Source of the DNA: Schizosaccharomyces osmophilus
Lineage: Eukaryota
Assembly (NCBI RefSeq): GCF_027921745.1
Contig: NC_079238.1
Coordinates: 3,596,001-3,660,000, forward strand
Reading direction: 5' to 3'
DNA: 64,000 nt
The notes under the pieces were generated by a model. It was not told the origin of the DNA. It did not search any database and worked only from the letters and a program-made list of their open reading frames with translations. The translations under genes and the position numbers were made by a program. Of this stretch, positions 24,700 through 38,879 are shown one piece after another. The stretch's first letter is position 1. Every line of letters starts with the position of its first letter.

Positions 24700-27600
24700 A
24701 TGGATGCATGGAAAGAGGTACATAAAATGAAAAATATAAGAAAACTAACATAAAAGGTTGCTAGGACAAATGAAAACAATGGTGTAACAGCATGTTCGTT
24801 AAATACAATCTCATTTGACCCTTACTCTGAATTAATATGGTCTGGTCACAAAAATGTAAGATAGCAACCTACTTCTATTTCTAATCTCTCTATAGGGACA
24901 ACTTAAGTCGTCGTTTGGGTCTGGTTTAAATCCGTATACCCAGTTTGTAGCTCATGAAGGCCCGGTGCACCAGGTGCTTCCTCATGAGCGAGGTATTTTT
25001 TCTCTTTCGAGTAATTCATTGCGTCTTAGCAATCGTACCGGAACAATCCGATGGAGGCTAAGGTATGTGCACGATCCTAGTCTGAACATGCATTAAGACT
25101 TTACCAACCTTGCAAGTTGTATTCATTCGAAAATGAGTGATCGCGATCCTTTATTTAATATTTTCATCTTCTAACTTGTAGTGATTCTGATGGTTCCGAT
25201 TATAGAGCTATGTTGTATCAATCTCGCACTCACCCTGAAATTGTCATGGGAGGATACAATCAAAAGTTAACTGTTGTGAATGCAGAGAGAGGCACCATAA
25301 CACATCAGGTATAACAAAAACTCAAACTATCTTGGCTAATTCGTTTCACAGAGAACACTTCCGAATGATATATTCATCATGCGCAGAAATCGTTTACTTT
25401 GTTGCGGCTCCACTAACGGAGAGATTCTTCTGTGTGATCCGAATAGCTTTAATCCCGTCAATAGAATATCTGCTCATACAGGCACAATTTCTGATATTGA
25501 TACATCTGGAAATCTCCTTCTCTCTTGTGGCTATTCTTCACGACACGATTCATACATGATAGACCCCTTCGTGAAAGTATGGGATTTAAGAAATCTTTCC
25601 ACTTTGGTACCTATTCCATTTCCCTCCGGACCAAGTATGATTAGGATGCACCCGAAACTTTCTACTACAGCGGTTGTTTGCTCAAGCTCTGGACAAATAA
25701 ATATAGTCGATACAGGGAATCCGCTTGATGCAAAATTAATGCATGTTCCTTTGAATTCTTATTTAACCCATATGGATGTTTCAGTTACTGGTGATGCAAT
25801 AGCTTTTTCTGACGTTGAAGATACCGTACACTTATGGAGTGCTATGGATACACCCTCATTCACAGAAATGAAGTACCCGATTCAGCTACCTGATGTGGTT
25901 CATGAACCTCCAGCTGTTTCTTTTGAAGAGTGAGTTAATGAGTTTATATGTCTATTTGCTAATTATTAACCTAGACCGTTAAACAAAATCGGAATGCCGT
26001 ACTATGATTCTGAGCTTCTATCTTCGTGGTCGAAATACTTAGTTTTTGATGCCGGAAAGCCGAACTTTGATTCGAATATGTTTTTAGCCAGGCAAATAGC
26101 CAACTCAGCTATGCCTTTACATCAGGAACTGAAATCGTTTCATCGAAATCAAACAATTAATTTTCCCTGGTTAAACCGAAAAACAGCCTCCCAAGAAACT
26201 ACTCCTAAGTTTCATAGCGAAAAACAGAAAGACATTATGTCTGGAAAGGATTCAGAGGAATCTTTTTCATATTTTGAAGAAATGGAAGATACAGTATCAG
26301 GCCCGGACACAATACCCAAATTTTACCAAAAGCCTGTGATAAAATATAGCAGGTTTGGAATTGAAGATTTCAATTTTGGCTTCTATAATAAAACCAGCTT
26401 TGCTGGTTTGGAAACGGATATTACTAATTCGTACTGTAATCCTATATTGCAACTACTTGCGTACATACCCTCTTTTTGTAAATCAGCCATCAGCCATTCT
26501 TTGGGTCCTTGTGGCCTCGAGAGCTGTTTGGTATGCGAGTTAGGATTCCTGTTTGCCATGCTAAAGGAAAGTACTGGTAAAAATTGCCAAGCCACAAATT
26601 TTCTGCGTTGTTTTTCTGCTTCGTCATTTGCTCAATCGTTGGGAATTGTAATTGATGAACAGTCGAATGCTGGTGCTTTTGATTCTTCTCTAATCCAAAA
26701 ATTTACGAAATTTATCCTGACCGAAATAATCCGTGTAACAGAATACGAAGATAAAAATGGAGGTTCATCGTTTCCTTTAGATTATCTCAGCAAGTCATTT
26801 TGTATACGTGAAGTCCAGACTCATCGTTGTGGCATATGTGGGATAACAAGTCGAAAATGTCATTCATCTATGTGCATGGTTGATTTAGAATATCCCTCAC
26901 AGCATTTAGAGTCAATCATTTCTTTCGAATGGCTTCTAAAACTTAGTTTAGATCATCGAGTAGATCTTCCTCCAAGTTGGTGTGAGTATTGTTTGGCCCA
27001 TCAGCCTGGTTTGCTTCGGTCGAATGTACGATCTATTCCTGACATCTTTTTTATAAACACTCAAATAAAGCATCATGACCATTTGAAGCTGTGGACAAGA
27101 GAAGGATGGTTGCCTAAGTTGCTATATCTTAGAAGAGTAAACGATACAGTCCAATGTTTATCATCGAGACAAGTTTCATTACTAGGTGATGATAAGCCTT
27201 CGGTATCTGTTTATGGTTTACGAGGTGTGACTTACGAAATCCGTGGAGTTGACTTTGCTTCACATTTTGTTGCTGCAATTCAAGGTAAGTGACATTTTAC
27301 TTCATATTCTAACAAATCTAGTTTCTGATCATCTAACAACCACAAATACAGCAAACAGTCAGTGGTATATATTTAATGATTTCTTAGTGAAGCAGATCTC
27401 TGAAGAGGAAGCCATAAATGTTCACGGTCCTTGGAAAATCCCAGCGGTGCTTTGCTATGAAAAATTAGACATGAGAATTCCTCAATGGGACGATGTTTCT
27501 GATTTCACCCTTTTGTATGAGCCTTATTTCTTGAATCCTGTGGCGCCATCAATGAACAAAGCTGTACCACTTTCGACCGAAGATATGCTGTATCCAGGTA

Positions 27601-28286
27601 TGTTGATTGGCATAGATTCTGAATTTGTAGCTTTACAGCGCGAGGAAACGGAAGTGAGAAGCGATAGTACGAAATCAACAATCAAGCCGTGTAAGTTATC
27701 GCTTGCCAGAATCTCTGTACTTCGAGGAGAAGGTCCTCAAAAGGGAGTTCCCTTTATAGACGACTATGTTGCGACAGATGATGATGTGATGGATTACCTT
27801 ACTAAATTTTCTGGTATTCATCCGGGTGATTTGGATCCGACCCTCTCAAAGTATAATGTGGTTCCTTTGAAGGTTGCTTATAAAAAGTTACGGTTGCTCG
27901 TAAATGCGGGATGTAAATTTGTAGGACATGGGCTACAAAAGGATTTCCGAATTATTAATTTGTTGGTGCCCCCAGAACAGGTTATTGATACAGTGGATTT
28001 ATTCTTCTTAAGCTCTCGACAACGCAAATTATCTTTGAAATATTTATCTTGGTATCTACTGGAAGAAGATATTCAGCTCACTGAGCATGACTCCGTTGAG
28101 GATGCATTGACGGCATTGAAACTTTATGACTGTTTTGTAAAACTAAAGGCCGAAGGGAAGCTGGAAGAAACATTAGAAGAAATATATGAGGTTGGAAAGC
28201 GATACAAATTTCGTCCTCCCTCGTTGTCATCATTATCCCTTCAGGATCGGAGCTTTTATGGTGAAGACTCCTTTATAATGGGTTAA
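24700..28286 (+). CDS. pan2: PAN deadenylase catalytic subunit Pan2 (WD40, pseudo-UCH and DEDD nuclease domains); multi-exon
   Basis: WD40 DPFVKVWDLR; UCH-like YSRFGIEDFNF and NSYCN; DEDD motifs IDSEFV, GHGLQKDF and HDSVEDA. Confidence 0.95.
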
Positions 28287-28752
28287 AGAGGATGTCTAAT
28301 GGAATTTATGATGAGCATAATATCGAAAACTGTAAATGTAATAAAGATATGGATACTTTTCGCAAAGAACAAGCATACTTAACTGGTTTGGTCGAATTTT
28401 ATTTTGTATTAGTAGGTAATTACGATTTGTTTTTAAAAATATTTTGAAATATCCTCAGTCATCCATTACGAAATATAAGATTCCATGCTTCAATTTACAT
28501 TCTAATCAAACGTTTTCACGATAATAGTGAGTCCTTTTTAGAAACCCATTTAAATCTTTTGTAATTGATATTCTCGTATATTCTTTTTACAAATAATTGT
28601 GTTTAGGTTAGAATTTACCTGTAATTCTTGGTGGTGAATTTTTTCATGGTGCTTTTCCTATACCTACCTTTCTAATCCATACCACAGTAAACTTCAACCA
28701 AACAACCAATTGCCCTTTCCTTTTTAATTTTTCTGTATTATTCCTTTAGAAG

Positions 28753-30596
28753 ATGCCAAGAAAAAAATCAGCAACTAAAAAAGCACGCGAGACTGTTACA
28801 AAGGAGCAGGCAGAGAAGCAATTGCCCAAAAACAACGGCAAAAGTCAATTGATTGATGATAATATCTCAGAAGAAGAAGACAATTTAGGTTCTTTTAAAA
28901 TTAATGAGAACTTCGCCAAAAGATTTGAACATAACAAAAAGCGAGAAGAAAAGCAGAAATGTATGATTAAACTACTAAAGGTTAAGTACTAACGTCTATA
29001 ACAGTGGAAGAAAAATATGGTAAAGATTTAGCAAAACAAAATGTTTCCGAAGATGAGGACGAGAGTTCCGAAGAAAGTGAAGATTCCGAAGGAGAATTGG
29101 TGACACCTGAGGTAGATGCTGCAATTCTGAAGATTCTCACAAAAATTCGAAATAAGGACCCTGATATTTATAATAATGGTCAACAGTTTTTCGATGACAC
29201 GGAAAAGTCAATTAAGTCAACAGTAAAGGAAAATAAAGGTCGACCAGTTACTTTAAAGGATTATCATCGTAACCAACTCATCTCTGGCAACGTAATGGAA
29301 GCTATGGAAGAAGACGAGAAACCTCGTTCTGAGGTACCAACACATGTAGAAGAGCAAGAACAGCTTCGTAAAGAAACCATTCAAGCTTTCCATACTTCAC
29401 GAGACGAGGATGAAAATTCACATGAAAACGATGGTGAGGAGGAGGAGGAGGAGGGAGAAGACTTTCTTAAGAGAAAGGAGAAATCAAAGGATGACGTGGA
29501 AGCAGACGAGAAAGCTTATGAGAGATTTTTGTTAGAACACGCCGAAACTAAAGATGCCAGTAAAGTGTTGAAAGATTTATCGACTTACTATGTTAAAAAC
29601 CGACCCGAAGTTTTACAGGGTATAGAGAACGAAGAGAATGGAATCGCAGAACAAGATGAAAATTTTTTGGCGAATTACATGTTAAACCGTGGTTGGCGTA
29701 CATCGGATAACCGTATTCCCTCCTACGACGAAATTGTCGAAGAGGTTGATGCTGATAATCAATTCGATGAGACAGCGGATAACTTTGAGACGAAGTATAA
29801 TTTCCGTTACGAAGAAACAGGTGGATCTGAAATTGCTGCACATCCTCGTGATGTTCCTGATAGTATGCGTCGTAAAGACGATACTCGAAGACTTGCTCGT
29901 GAGCGAAAGAGAGAACGCCATGAAGAAGAGAAACGAAAGCGAGTTGAAGAAATGAACAGATTAAAGAATCTCAAACAGAAGGATCTTGAAGAAAAATTGA
30001 ATCAAGTTGCTGAAATTGCAGGAACAAATGATATCGATATTTCTGAATTGGATCTGGAAGGCGATTTCAATCCTGAAGAATGGGAAGCTAAAATGGCACA
30101 GATTTTCAATGATAAATATTATAAGGATGATTCTGACAAGAAACCTGAATTTGTAGATGATATTGAGGTTGATGATCTTGCACAGCCGAAAGAAGGCAGT
30201 GGGTCTCAAGTAAATGATAATGTTGTCGACTTGCCCGATGATGCAGAAACGGCTGACGGAAATGAATCTCAGAAAAAGGCAAAGCGCCAATCGAGAAAGG
30301 AAGCCAAAAATAAGAAAAGGAAAATTGAAGAATACGTTGATGAAAAGTACGGTGTTCCTGAACCTGTTGCTTCCAGTGGTTCTCAGTTTAGATATCGTCA
30401 AGTTGCCCCAGAAACCTTCGGTATGGATGTGCTTGATATTTTGAACGCAACGGATACAGATTTGAACAAGTATGTAGGTTTGAAGAAGCTGTTGCCTTAT
30501 CGAACGCCCGAACAGGTTGAGAAAGACAGAAAGAAGTTTGGCAAGAAGAAGAGGCTGCGTGAATGGAAAAAGGAAGTTTTTGGTAAAAAGGATTAG
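28753..30596 (+). CDS. kri1: Ribosome biogenesis protein Kri1; intron 28961-29004
   Basis: FKINENFAKRFEHNKKREE, KYNFRYEE, FRYRQVAPETFG and LNKYVGLKKLLPYR. Confidence 0.95.
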
Positions 30597-30967
30597 GTAT
30601 AGATCAAGGTTGGTTATAGATGCTGGTAAATAATGAAAGTTATTTTAAAAACAGAGGCTTCCATTTGTAATATACCAGTGGTTCGGATATTGTAACTCAT
30701 TTATTAGAGCACGAAGTATTGCAAATTGACTATTTCAATTACAAAGTAGCGATAAAATAATGTCTATTCAAAAACAATGTATACATTAACGTGAATTGTT
30801 TAAAAAGAAGCGTTCTCAAATTTTATTAACTATAAATATTTCAACTATAATAAAACTTAATAAAACTAACTACCTAAAAGCATGGAACCAAGCATGGGGA
30901 CTTAAATGAGTTATCATAATAATGGAACAAAATAATTTATTACAAATGGATCCATACTCCTATAAGT

Positions 30968-30996
30968 ATATATCTATATATATATATATATATATA
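30968..30996. repeat. (TA)n microsatellite between the convergent kri1 and ura1 3' ends
   Basis: atatatctatatatatatatatatatata. Confidence 0.85.
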
Positions 30997-31119
30997 ACAT
31001 GTTGTTAGCATTTATTTTAACTAATAAACATAGCATCATTATGTAACCAATTTCTTAAGCAAAAAATCAACCAAAAGTTATTTTACAAGAACTCAAAAAT
31101 TTATCACGGCAAACCCAAC

Positions 31120-34100
31120 CTAATTATGAGATTCGCTAGCACCCATAACACATGCCAACAAAGCCATACGAATATACAAACCGTAACGCATTTGACGGAA
31201 GTAAGCAGCACGCTTCTGATCAAAGTCAACTTCTTCACTGATTTCACGGTTTCTAGGCAAAGGATGCATCACGATGGTGTGTGGTTTAGCAGCAGTTAGA
31301 AGGTTGTTGTCAACAATGAAAGAGTCCTTTAATTCTTCATACTCTTCGATGCTTGAGAAACGTTCCTTTTGAACACGTGTACAATAAAGAACATCGGATT
31401 GAGCAACAACGTCCTTAGAAAGCTCACGATGTTCAATAAAGTTTAAGCCACTAGCGCGGAGATCCTCTTTAACATCGTCAGGCAGCTGAAGCTGTTCAGG
31501 CGAAACGAGGTGAAGCTCTACTTGCCAGAAAGCAAGAAGACGAGCTAATGAGTGAACTGTACGTCCGTATTTCAAATCACCGACAAAGGTGATAGTTAAT
31601 CCATTGACACTGCCAAGTTCTTCTCGAATTGTGTATAAATCCAAAAATGCCTGAGTAGGATGCTCCTTAGAGCCATTACCACCGTTAATAATTGGGACAG
31701 GAGAAAATGTAGCAGCGATACGAGCACTTTCAACAGAAGGGTGACGTAAAACAATAGCATCTCCGTAGCAACCAAGAGTACGAATAGTATCGGCAAGACT
31801 TTCACCCTTGTTCACACTAGACGCGCTTGCAGTAACAGCAACAACCTTACCACCTAAACGCTGCATAGCAGCATCAAACGATGAAGAAGTGCGAGTAGAG
31901 GATTCAAAAAACATTGTACACAAAATTTTTCCGTAGCAAAGGTCGATGACACCTTGTCTTTCGACGATAATACGCATTTGATGGGCAATCGCGAACAAAA
32001 GATGCAAGTCCGACCGAGTAACTTGGTGCACAGAGATGATATGTTTACGGTAGAAAGGCGAGCTGTTAATCATATTAACCAGTTCACGAGAAGGGCTGAA
32101 GCTTGGGGTAAAATTAAAAGTTAATTCAGGACGAGCTCTGTTCTCCGGAGCTTGACCAAACGCTTCAGCAAGTGAAGGAGCAGCATGAGGAAGGCCAGGA
32201 CTCATTAAAGCGCTAGCTTTCCTAGTAGAAACCGGCTTCTCAGAAGTGTTGGAAGATGAATAATCACGGCCATTAGTAGACTTGAAGTTTAGTTCACCAT
32301 CAAAGTAGACATCATGTCCACCAAACTTGACAGATTGAACACTACCAAAAAGCTTCTTACCGGTTAAAGGAGACCATTCAGCAGATTCACTAGAGATAGC
32401 ACGATCCGTTTCGATTTGCACTCCAGAATCATCTTGCTCGTGAAGACGGAAGATTTCCTTAGGATTGGTATATAATCGATCAACCACATCGTTCAAGCTC
32501 AGACGACCGTCATGAACAGCTGAGAGTAAGAGAGGTAAAGCCTCACGAATACCATAGCCAGTAGAAACCTTATGACCGGTAAATTCGGCTAAACGAACAG
32601 GAACACTTCCAATTGAAAAACAATCAATATACTCAAGTTTGTTCCATAATTCCTTCTGATCTTCCGGAGTAGGCAAAAATCTAGCCCCAGGGTAATCACT
32701 TTGAGTAAGGAACAAGCTGTAGATGGATACATCAAATGTAACTGGAAGACTCTTTTGCTTAGCCAAAACAATAAGGTTAATATCGTCCTTTGAAGTGACA
32801 CTAGCAACATGGATTCTACGGTTGTGTAGACTAGCAAGCAACAAAACAGAAGCTAAAGTAGTAGACTTAGCATCGGTGACAACTGAATGGGTCTGGGGCC
32901 ACAGACTGAAATGAGAAGCAATCTCAGTAACATGATCTATAGTAGAGGATTTGTTTTCGAAATGAAGATAAAGACAACCCGATTCCGCTTTTAAGTCAGT
33001 AATCGTTTCCTCATTTACAAAAGAGGCGACCACTGAAAAGTTGTAGTCACAATGCGCGTTATCTATAGCCGCCTTTCTGGCGTTGGCCAAAGAATCTTTG
33101 TCTGCAAGAACTCCCTTTTTGCTAAAAGGCAAGAAGCGAGTCATGGTGAAGCCAGCTGCTATACATTCTTCCGTGTAATCGCTAATTGCTTCAGCGCTGA
33201 ATTCGGGAAGATATGCGCCAATATTGATAAGACCAGGAAGATTCTCAGTTTGGAAGCTACTTTGGTAGTCAACAGAGCTAAGACTGAAATCGGGCTTTCT
33301 GCAAATTGCCTCAACCATTAGCTTGGCACATTTGACATTAGTGACCAATGGAACAGAGTAGTCAATAGCAAGTCGACGACTCTTGTAGCCACTGCTAATG
33401 TAATTAGCAGGACGGCGATAACGATTGTTCGATGGTAGGTTAATATACATATCGATCATGTTATTTGCAAGATGTGCTGATAGTGAAAAGTCATTATTAG
33501 CTTCTTCAGCAGGAATGTCAGCGAGGTATTTGCAAGGAACACCACTTTCCATAAGGTAATCGGAGGTACCAGCAGTCGCAAAAATGTTATAACCGGTATC
33601 GTAAAGTCTCCTAACGTATGGTAGGAATTCGGCCTTCTCCTTGTATGAACCTATAGAAATAAGAATATTTTGCTTGGGTAATCTAAATCCAGTAGAAATC
33701 ATGGCTTTGAGGTAAGCTTCAAACTTGTTGTGGCCGAAGCAAGCAACTTCACCAGTTGATGCCATTTCAACGCCGAGAACGGGATCAGCACCGGATAGTC
33801 TGCTAAAACTAAATTGAGGAACCTTTACAGCAACATAGTCACGAGGAAGATTAATTTCAGGATAAGGCTTAACAGAGAAACCCATAATAACATCAGTTGC
33901 CATAGAGATCAAATCAGCACCCATGACCTTAGAAACAAACGGGAATGATCTGGAGGCACGAACGTTACATTCTATAACCTTAATTTCATTGTCCTTAGCG
34001 ATAAATTGGATGTTATAGGGACCGGTAATGTTTAATGCTTCTCCAATCTTCGCGGTAGCGTCAACAATTCTAGAAATAGTAGCAGGGTCTAAATCTTGAG

Positions 34101-37100
34101 GTGGGAGAACAAGAGTAGCGTCACCAGAATGAACACCAGCATTTTCAACATGCTCAGAAATGACGTGCATAACCATTCTACCATCACGAGCGACAGCATC
34201 CAACTCAATCTCTTTGGCGTTTTCAATGTATTTAGAGATAACAACCGGATGATCCTTGTTGATAGCAACAGCCTGCTTTAAGTAATTTTGAAGATCCGTC
34301 TTTGAATAAACAGTATTCATAGCAGCACCAGACAAAACATATGAGGGACGAACAAGCACTGGGTAGGAAACTCTTTCGCAAAATTCTTCAGCCTCTTCAA
34401 AGCTAGTCAACTCCTTCCACTTGGGCTGATCAACTCCAATGTCGTCAAGCATACGGGAGAATTTAAAACGATTTTCAGCACCGTCAATCATTTCAGGAGA
34501 AGTACCGAGAATCTTCACATTCTCTCTATAGAGAGGAAGTGCTATGTTATTGGAAGTTTGTCCACCCATAGAGATAATAACACCAGAAGAAGATTCTTGC
34601 TGGTAAATATCGAGTACAGTTTCCAGACTGATATTTTCAAAATAAAGGCGATCAGCTTCATCAAAATCAGTAGATACCGTCTCAGGATTATAGTTAACCA
34701 TTATTGTCTTTATGCCTCGATCACGAAGAGTACGGACGGTGCGAACAGCACACCAATCGAATTCGACAGAGGATCCAATACGGTAGACACCTGAGCCCAA
34801 TACCATTACACCCTTATCTTCAAAATGAATGTCATGCTCAGAAGCATTGTAAGTCGTGTAAAGATAGTTTGTGAAGGCAGGAAATTCGGCAGCTACAGTA
34901 TCTATTTGTTTAACAAAGGTTCTGATACCAGCTTCCGTGCGGATACGGCGAACAGCGAGCTCATTAGAATTCATAAATGAGGCAATTTGAACATCCGCAA
35001 ATCCTAATTGCTTCGCAGTTCGCAAAAGTTGCACTGGAAGAATGGAAATATCATATTTGGAGATTTCTTTAGCCATGCGAATCAAACCCATGAGCTTCTC
35101 CAAGAACCACCTATCAATATTGGTTAGTTTCCAAATGCGCTCAACTGTGTAACCGGAGTTCATGGCATTTGCAATGGCAAAAAGCCGTTGGTCGGATGGA
35201 GTCTGTAATTCTTGATCGATAGACATTAACGCATCCTTAACGTTAAATCCACCGTTGCTATGATCAATCGCACGAATGGCCTTTTGAATTGCTTCTTCGA
35301 AGGTACGACCAATGCTCATGACTTCACCAACGGACTTCATTGAAGAGCTTAATTGCGTGCTAACGCGAGTAAACTTCTTTAGATCCCAGCGGGGAATTTT
35401 AACAACGACATAATCAAGACTAGGCTCAAAGCATGCACATGTGACTTTAGTTACAGAATTCTTTATTTCGTTCAGTGGGATGTTCAAACCGAGTTTAGCT
35501 GCAGTGAAGGCTAAAGGATAACCGGTGGCCTTCGACGCGAGAGCAGAAGAGCGAGAAAGACGAGCATTCACCTCAATAATACAATACTCTTTAGTAAAGG
35601 GGTTGAGGGCATATTGAATATTACACTCACCGACAACACCAAGATGGCGAATAACATTCACAGCCGTCGTACGGAGCATATTATAATCCTCATCAGTTAA
35701 GGTTTGAGATGGTGCAACAACAATAGAATCACCTGTATGAATACCAAGAGGATCGAAATTCTCCATATTACATACCGTAATACAGTTACCAAAAGCATCA
35801 CGTACAACTTCATATTCAATTTCTTTCCATCCCTTCATACTGCGCTCAATTAGGACTTGAGGACTGGTTGCAAAAGCACGATTACATAAATCGGTTAACT
35901 CTTCTTCATTGTCAGCAAAACCAGATCCTAATCCACCAAGAGCATAAGCAGCACGAACAATTACAGGGAAAGAAATATCTTTCGAAACCTTGAGAGCTTC
36001 TTCAAGAGAAGATGCACTAGCTGACTTGGCACACTTTTCGTCAATTTCATCCATAGCACGAGCAAACTTTTCGCGATCTTCCGTAGTAATAATAGTGTCA
36101 ACAGAAGTACCAAGCACCTTTACGCCGAGAGATTCAAACTCATCCTTCAATTCGATACCTACATTCAATGCAGTTTGGCCACCAAAAGTGACATAAATGC
36201 CATCAGGGCGCTCTTGTTTGATAACTTTTCTGACAAAATCGGCGTTAACAGGAAGAAAATAAACTTTGTCAGCTAGACCCTTAGAAGTCTGAATAGTAGC
36301 AATATTAGGATTAATTAATATGGTGTAGATTCCTTCCTCACGAAGGGCCTTTATAGCCTGACTGCCAGAGTAATCAAACTCACCAGCTTGTCCAATACTT
36401 AAGCCACCACTGCCAAGTACCAAGACACGCTTGGCATCAATGCGAGGGTGCTTAGCTTTATTTTCATCTAAAGTGCCACCAGGAAGCTTGAACATTTGAA
36501 GTTTGCCAGAGTCAGCAGAGCGCTTGACAGTATCAATGAAAACATCAAACAAAAACTCTGTGTCACGGGGGCCAGGTGTGGATTCAGGATGGAATTGGAC
36601 GGAAAAGAAAGGATATTCAGTGTTATAGATACCCTCGTTGGAACCGTCGTTAGCATTGACATAAAGTTCCTTCCAGCCCGAAGGAAGACTATCACCGTTA
36701 ACGGCATAACCGTGATTTTGGGAAGTAATGTAGCATCTTCCAGAAACTAAACAAGTGCAAGGAATGTTATGGCCACGGTTACCAAACTTCATCTTTATGG
36801 TGGAAGCACCAGCAGCACGAGCGAGGATTTGATGACCGAAGCAAATACCGAAAACGGGGATGGATTTGGATTCAATAACGCGGCGGACACGTTCTACAGT
36901 TAAGTCCATAAGAGAAGGGTCACCGGGACCGTTGCTAATAAATAAACCATCATAATCTTCTTTTGAATAATCATAATCCCAAGGTACAACCAACAATTCA
37001 ACACCACGGGTAACAAAGCAGCGAATTTGATTGTATTTCATACCAACGTCAACAGCGATGATTCGCATAGTTTTACCATCGGCTTTTTTGAGTGCTTTTG

Positions 37101-37854
37101 AGGAATGGGGTTCATAAAGTTTTGGTTTTTTTATAGAAACTTCAGCAGTTAGATTTTCAGCATTAGGATTTTTCCAAGAAATGTCTTCGAACTGATCTTT
37201 CCAGTTGCGGCCAAGATCAGAAATTTCAGAGGGTTCAAGATGTTTGTCACCTTTTTGTAGAAGCAAGCGGCCAAGCATAGAGCCTTGCTTGCGTATTTTT
37301 TTTGTTAAAGCACGAGTATCAATACCAAAAATACCGGGGATTCCTTGTTCTTTAAGCCAATCGCCCAAGGAAGAGTGAGCTAGAAAGTGAGAGTAATTTT
37401 GAGAGTAGGAAGAAATAATTATAGCAGAGACATGAATTTCATTAGATTCAAAGTACTTGGGAATGCCTTTGATGGCATCTTCAATACTTCTGTCAGGAAC
37501 ACCATAGTTACCAATGTTGGGGAACGTAAAAACCAGCATTTGACCGCGGTAGGAAGGATCTGTCAATGATTCCGGATATCCTACCATACCCGTTTGGAAC
37601 ACCAATTCGCCAGACACCGACTTGTCAGCTCCGAAAGAGTAACCTTGAAGGACGCTTTGGTCTTCAAGCTCTAAAGCCATCAACTTGTATTGTTTGCTTT
37701 CACCGTCTACAGAGTACAGCACAGGCGAGTGGCCCGTAGCAGGTTCAGTCGCATTACCTTCTACGGCTTTAGGTGCATGAACCCTGGGCATACCCAGAGC
37801 TTCGCTCTGAACTAGCGGAAAAGATGAAGGCAAAGAAGGCAGCAATCCGGACAT
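31120..37854 (-). CDS. ura1: Multifunctional carbamoyl-phosphate synthase / aspartate transcarbamylase (CAD-like, 2244 aa) with a degenerate dihydroorotase-like segment
   Basis: GATase [10 protein letters not shown] and FHPE; CPS-large [17 protein letters not shown] and two ATP-grasp halves; ATCase [12 protein letters not shown] and HPLP. Confidence 0.98.
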   Translation of the reverse strand: MSGLLPSLPSSFPLVQSEALGMPRVHAPKAVEGNATEPATGHSPVLYSVDGESKQYKLMALELEDQSVLQGYSFGADKSVSGELVFQTGMVGYPESLTDPSYRGQMLVFTFPNIGNYGVPDRSIEDAIKGIPKYFESNEIHVSAIIISSYSQNYSHFLAHSSLGDWLKEQGIPGIFGIDTRALTKKIRKQGSMLGRLLLQKGDKHLEPSEISDLGRNWKDQFEDISWKNPNAENLTAEVSIKKPKLYEPHSSKALKKADGKTMRIIAVDVGMKYNQIRCFVTRGVELLVVPWDYDYSKEDYDGLFISNGPGDPSLMDLTVERVRRVIESKSIPVFGICFGHQILARAAGASTIKMKFGNRGHNIPCTCLVSGRCYITSQNHGYAVNGDSLPSGWKELYVNANDGSNEGIYNTEYPFFSVQFHPESTPGPRDTEFLFDVFIDTVKRSADSGKLQMFKLPGGTLDENKAKHPRIDAKRVLVLGSGGLSIGQAGEFDYSGSQAIKALREEGIYTILINPNIATIQTSKGLADKVYFLPVNADFVRKVIKQERPDGIYVTFGGQTALNVGIELKDEFESLGVKVLGTSVDTIITTEDREKFARAMDEIDEKCAKSASASSLEEALKVSKDISFPVIVRAAYALGGLGSGFADNEEELTDLCNRAFATSPQVLIERSMKGWKEIEYEVVRDAFGNCITVCNMENFDPLGIHTGDSIVVAPSQTLTDEDYNMLRTTAVNVIRHLGVVGECNIQYALNPFTKEYCIIEVNARLSRSSALASKATGYPLAFTAAKLGLNIPLNEIKNSVTKVTCACFEPSLDYVVVKIPRWDLKKFTRVSTQLSSSMKSVGEVMSIGRTFEEAIQKAIRAIDHSNGGFNVKDALMSIDQELQTPSDQRLFAIANAMNSGYTVERIWKLTNIDRWFLEKLMGLIRMAKEISKYDISILPVQLLRTAKQLGFADVQIASFMNSNELAVRRIRTEAGIRTFVKQIDTVAAEFPAFTNYLYTTYNASEHDIHFEDKGVMVLGSGVYRIGSSVEFDWCAVRTVRTLRDRGIKTIMVNYNPETVSTDFDEADRLYFENISLETVLDIYQQESSSGVIISMGGQTSNNIALPLYRENVKILGTSPEMIDGAENRFKFSRMLDDIGVDQPKWKELTSFEEAEEFCERVSYPVLVRPSYVLSGAAMNTVYSKTDLQNYLKQAVAINKDHPVVISKYIENAKEIELDAVARDGRMVMHVISEHVENAGVHSGDATLVLPPQDLDPATISRIVDATAKIGEALNITGPYNIQFIAKDNEIKVIECNVRASRSFPFVSKVMGADLISMATDVIMGFSVKPYPEINLPRDYVAVKVPQFSFSRLSGADPVLGVEMASTGEVACFGHNKFEAYLKAMISTGFRLPKQNILISIGSYKEKAEFLPYVRRLYDTGYNIFATAGTSDYLMESGVPCKYLADIPAEEANNDFSLSAHLANNMIDMYINLPSNNRYRRPANYISSGYKSRRLAIDYSVPLVTNVKCAKLMVEAICRKPDFSLSSVDYQSSFQTENLPGLINIGAYLPEFSAEAISDYTEECIAAGFTMTRFLPFSKKGVLADKDSLANARKAAIDNAHCDYNFSVVASFVNEETITDLKAESGCLYLHFENKSSTIDHVTEIASHFSLWPQTHSVVTDAKSTTLASVLLLASLHNRRIHVASVTSKDDINLIVLAKQKSLPVTFDVSIYSLFLTQSDYPGARFLPTPEDQKELWNKLEYIDCFSIGSVPVRLAEFTGHKVSTGYGIREALPLLLSAVHDGRLSLNDVVDRLYTNPKEIFRLHEQDDSGVQIETDRAISSESAEWSPLTGKKLFGSVQSVKFGGHDVYFDGELNFKSTNGRDYSSSNTSEKPVSTRKASALMSPGLPHAAPSLAEAFGQAPENRARPELTFNFTPSFSPSRELVNMINSSPFYRKHIISVHQVTRSDLHLLFAIAHQMRIIVERQGVIDLCYGKILCTMFFESSTRTSSSFDAAMQRLGGKVVAVTASASSVNKGESLADTIRTLGCYGDAIVLRHPSVESARIAATFSPVPIINGGNGSKEHPTQAFLDLYTIREELGSVNGLTITFVGDLKYGRTVHSLARLLAFWQVELHLVSPEQLQLPDDVKEDLRASGLNFIEHRELSKDVVAQSDVLYCTRVQKERFSSIEEYEELKDSFIVDNNLLTAAKPHTIVMHPLPRNREISEEVDFDQKRAAYFRQMRYGLYIRMALLACVMGASESHN

Positions 37855-38879
37855 GGCGTTTAATTAACAACTATGGCTCAAGACTAGCGATTCCCCTGAT
37901 TTGCTTTGGAGGCAGTGTTTGTCTCAGGCTACGTTTATAAAGTGCTGCAGTGAAAAATTTCTGATCCTCTCTTCAGAATACAGCATACATCAATTCTTGT
38001 CTCTTCTAATAAATAGAATTCTATACTTCGGTTTTATATTTTTTCTATTTACGATTATACCACACAAACCAAACGAAAATATACCTACGTTTGGACCAAA
38101 TCTGAAAAATTACTGCTGTACGAAACTGATTTCAATGACTGATATCAGAACTTGGAAACAATTCCAATTACATACTTATGTAAAACCACGTTAACTTCTT
38201 TTTGTAAAAAGTTAACGTCTTTCGTTAAACCTACTTTGCGAAAGCCAAAGCAAAAACTAAAGTAAATGAAAAAGAAAAAAAGAAAAAGTATTTGCTGCAC
38301 TAGCTACAAAGCTTATTGTATCGTTTCAGCTATATGAATACATTTATAGTGGAATTTTCTTGTTATTTGTCTTTTGGTCAACGTAGTTAACGTTTCATGA
38401 AACTCGCGGTGTAAATTTTTCTGTTCAGCAACGTTTCCCAAAAGCGTACTAGGTTTCCAATGAAAAAGTATACATTGAAAACAAATTGCCAGCCATACGT
38501 GAGTACAACTCCTCAGTAGTCTTTAAACAAGCAAAATTTCTATTTAACCATATACCTGATGTTGGCGGAAATAAAAAACGTTGATGTCGGCTCCAAACAA
38601 GTCGAAAGTTGTGACTTGGATTTTTGCTTACATACTTGCACTCCTTTGCGGTGTTTTTGTTATAATATTTCGTTCAGCCTTGTAACTGAAATAGTGCAAT
38701 GCACGGGGCTATGGAAACAAATAAACAATGGTAATACAAAATATGAAATAAAACACGGGCGTCATATTTGGAAAACCGGTGATTTTAAAGCATAAATTAT
38801 TATAAAAGGTGAAATACATTTATATACATAGTAGTAATTGCCATCTCATTCTGTTGATGGTAATCCGTACTACAAGTTG

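Noticed and set aside
26400..27290. Ubiquitin-hydrolase-like domain in Pan2 without a normal catalytic triad
   Set aside because: Established pseudo-UCH domain of Pan2.
32280..33260. Dihydroorotase-like segment of Ura1 lacking the metal-binding histidines
   Set aside because: Known feature of fungal Ura1/URA2 proteins, not novel.
38139..38175. Possible 37-nt 5'-UTR intron of ura1 (GTATGT...CTGAT..CAG on minus)
   Set aside because: Branch-to-acceptor spacing is marginal and the TSS is unknown; unsupported without RNA data.
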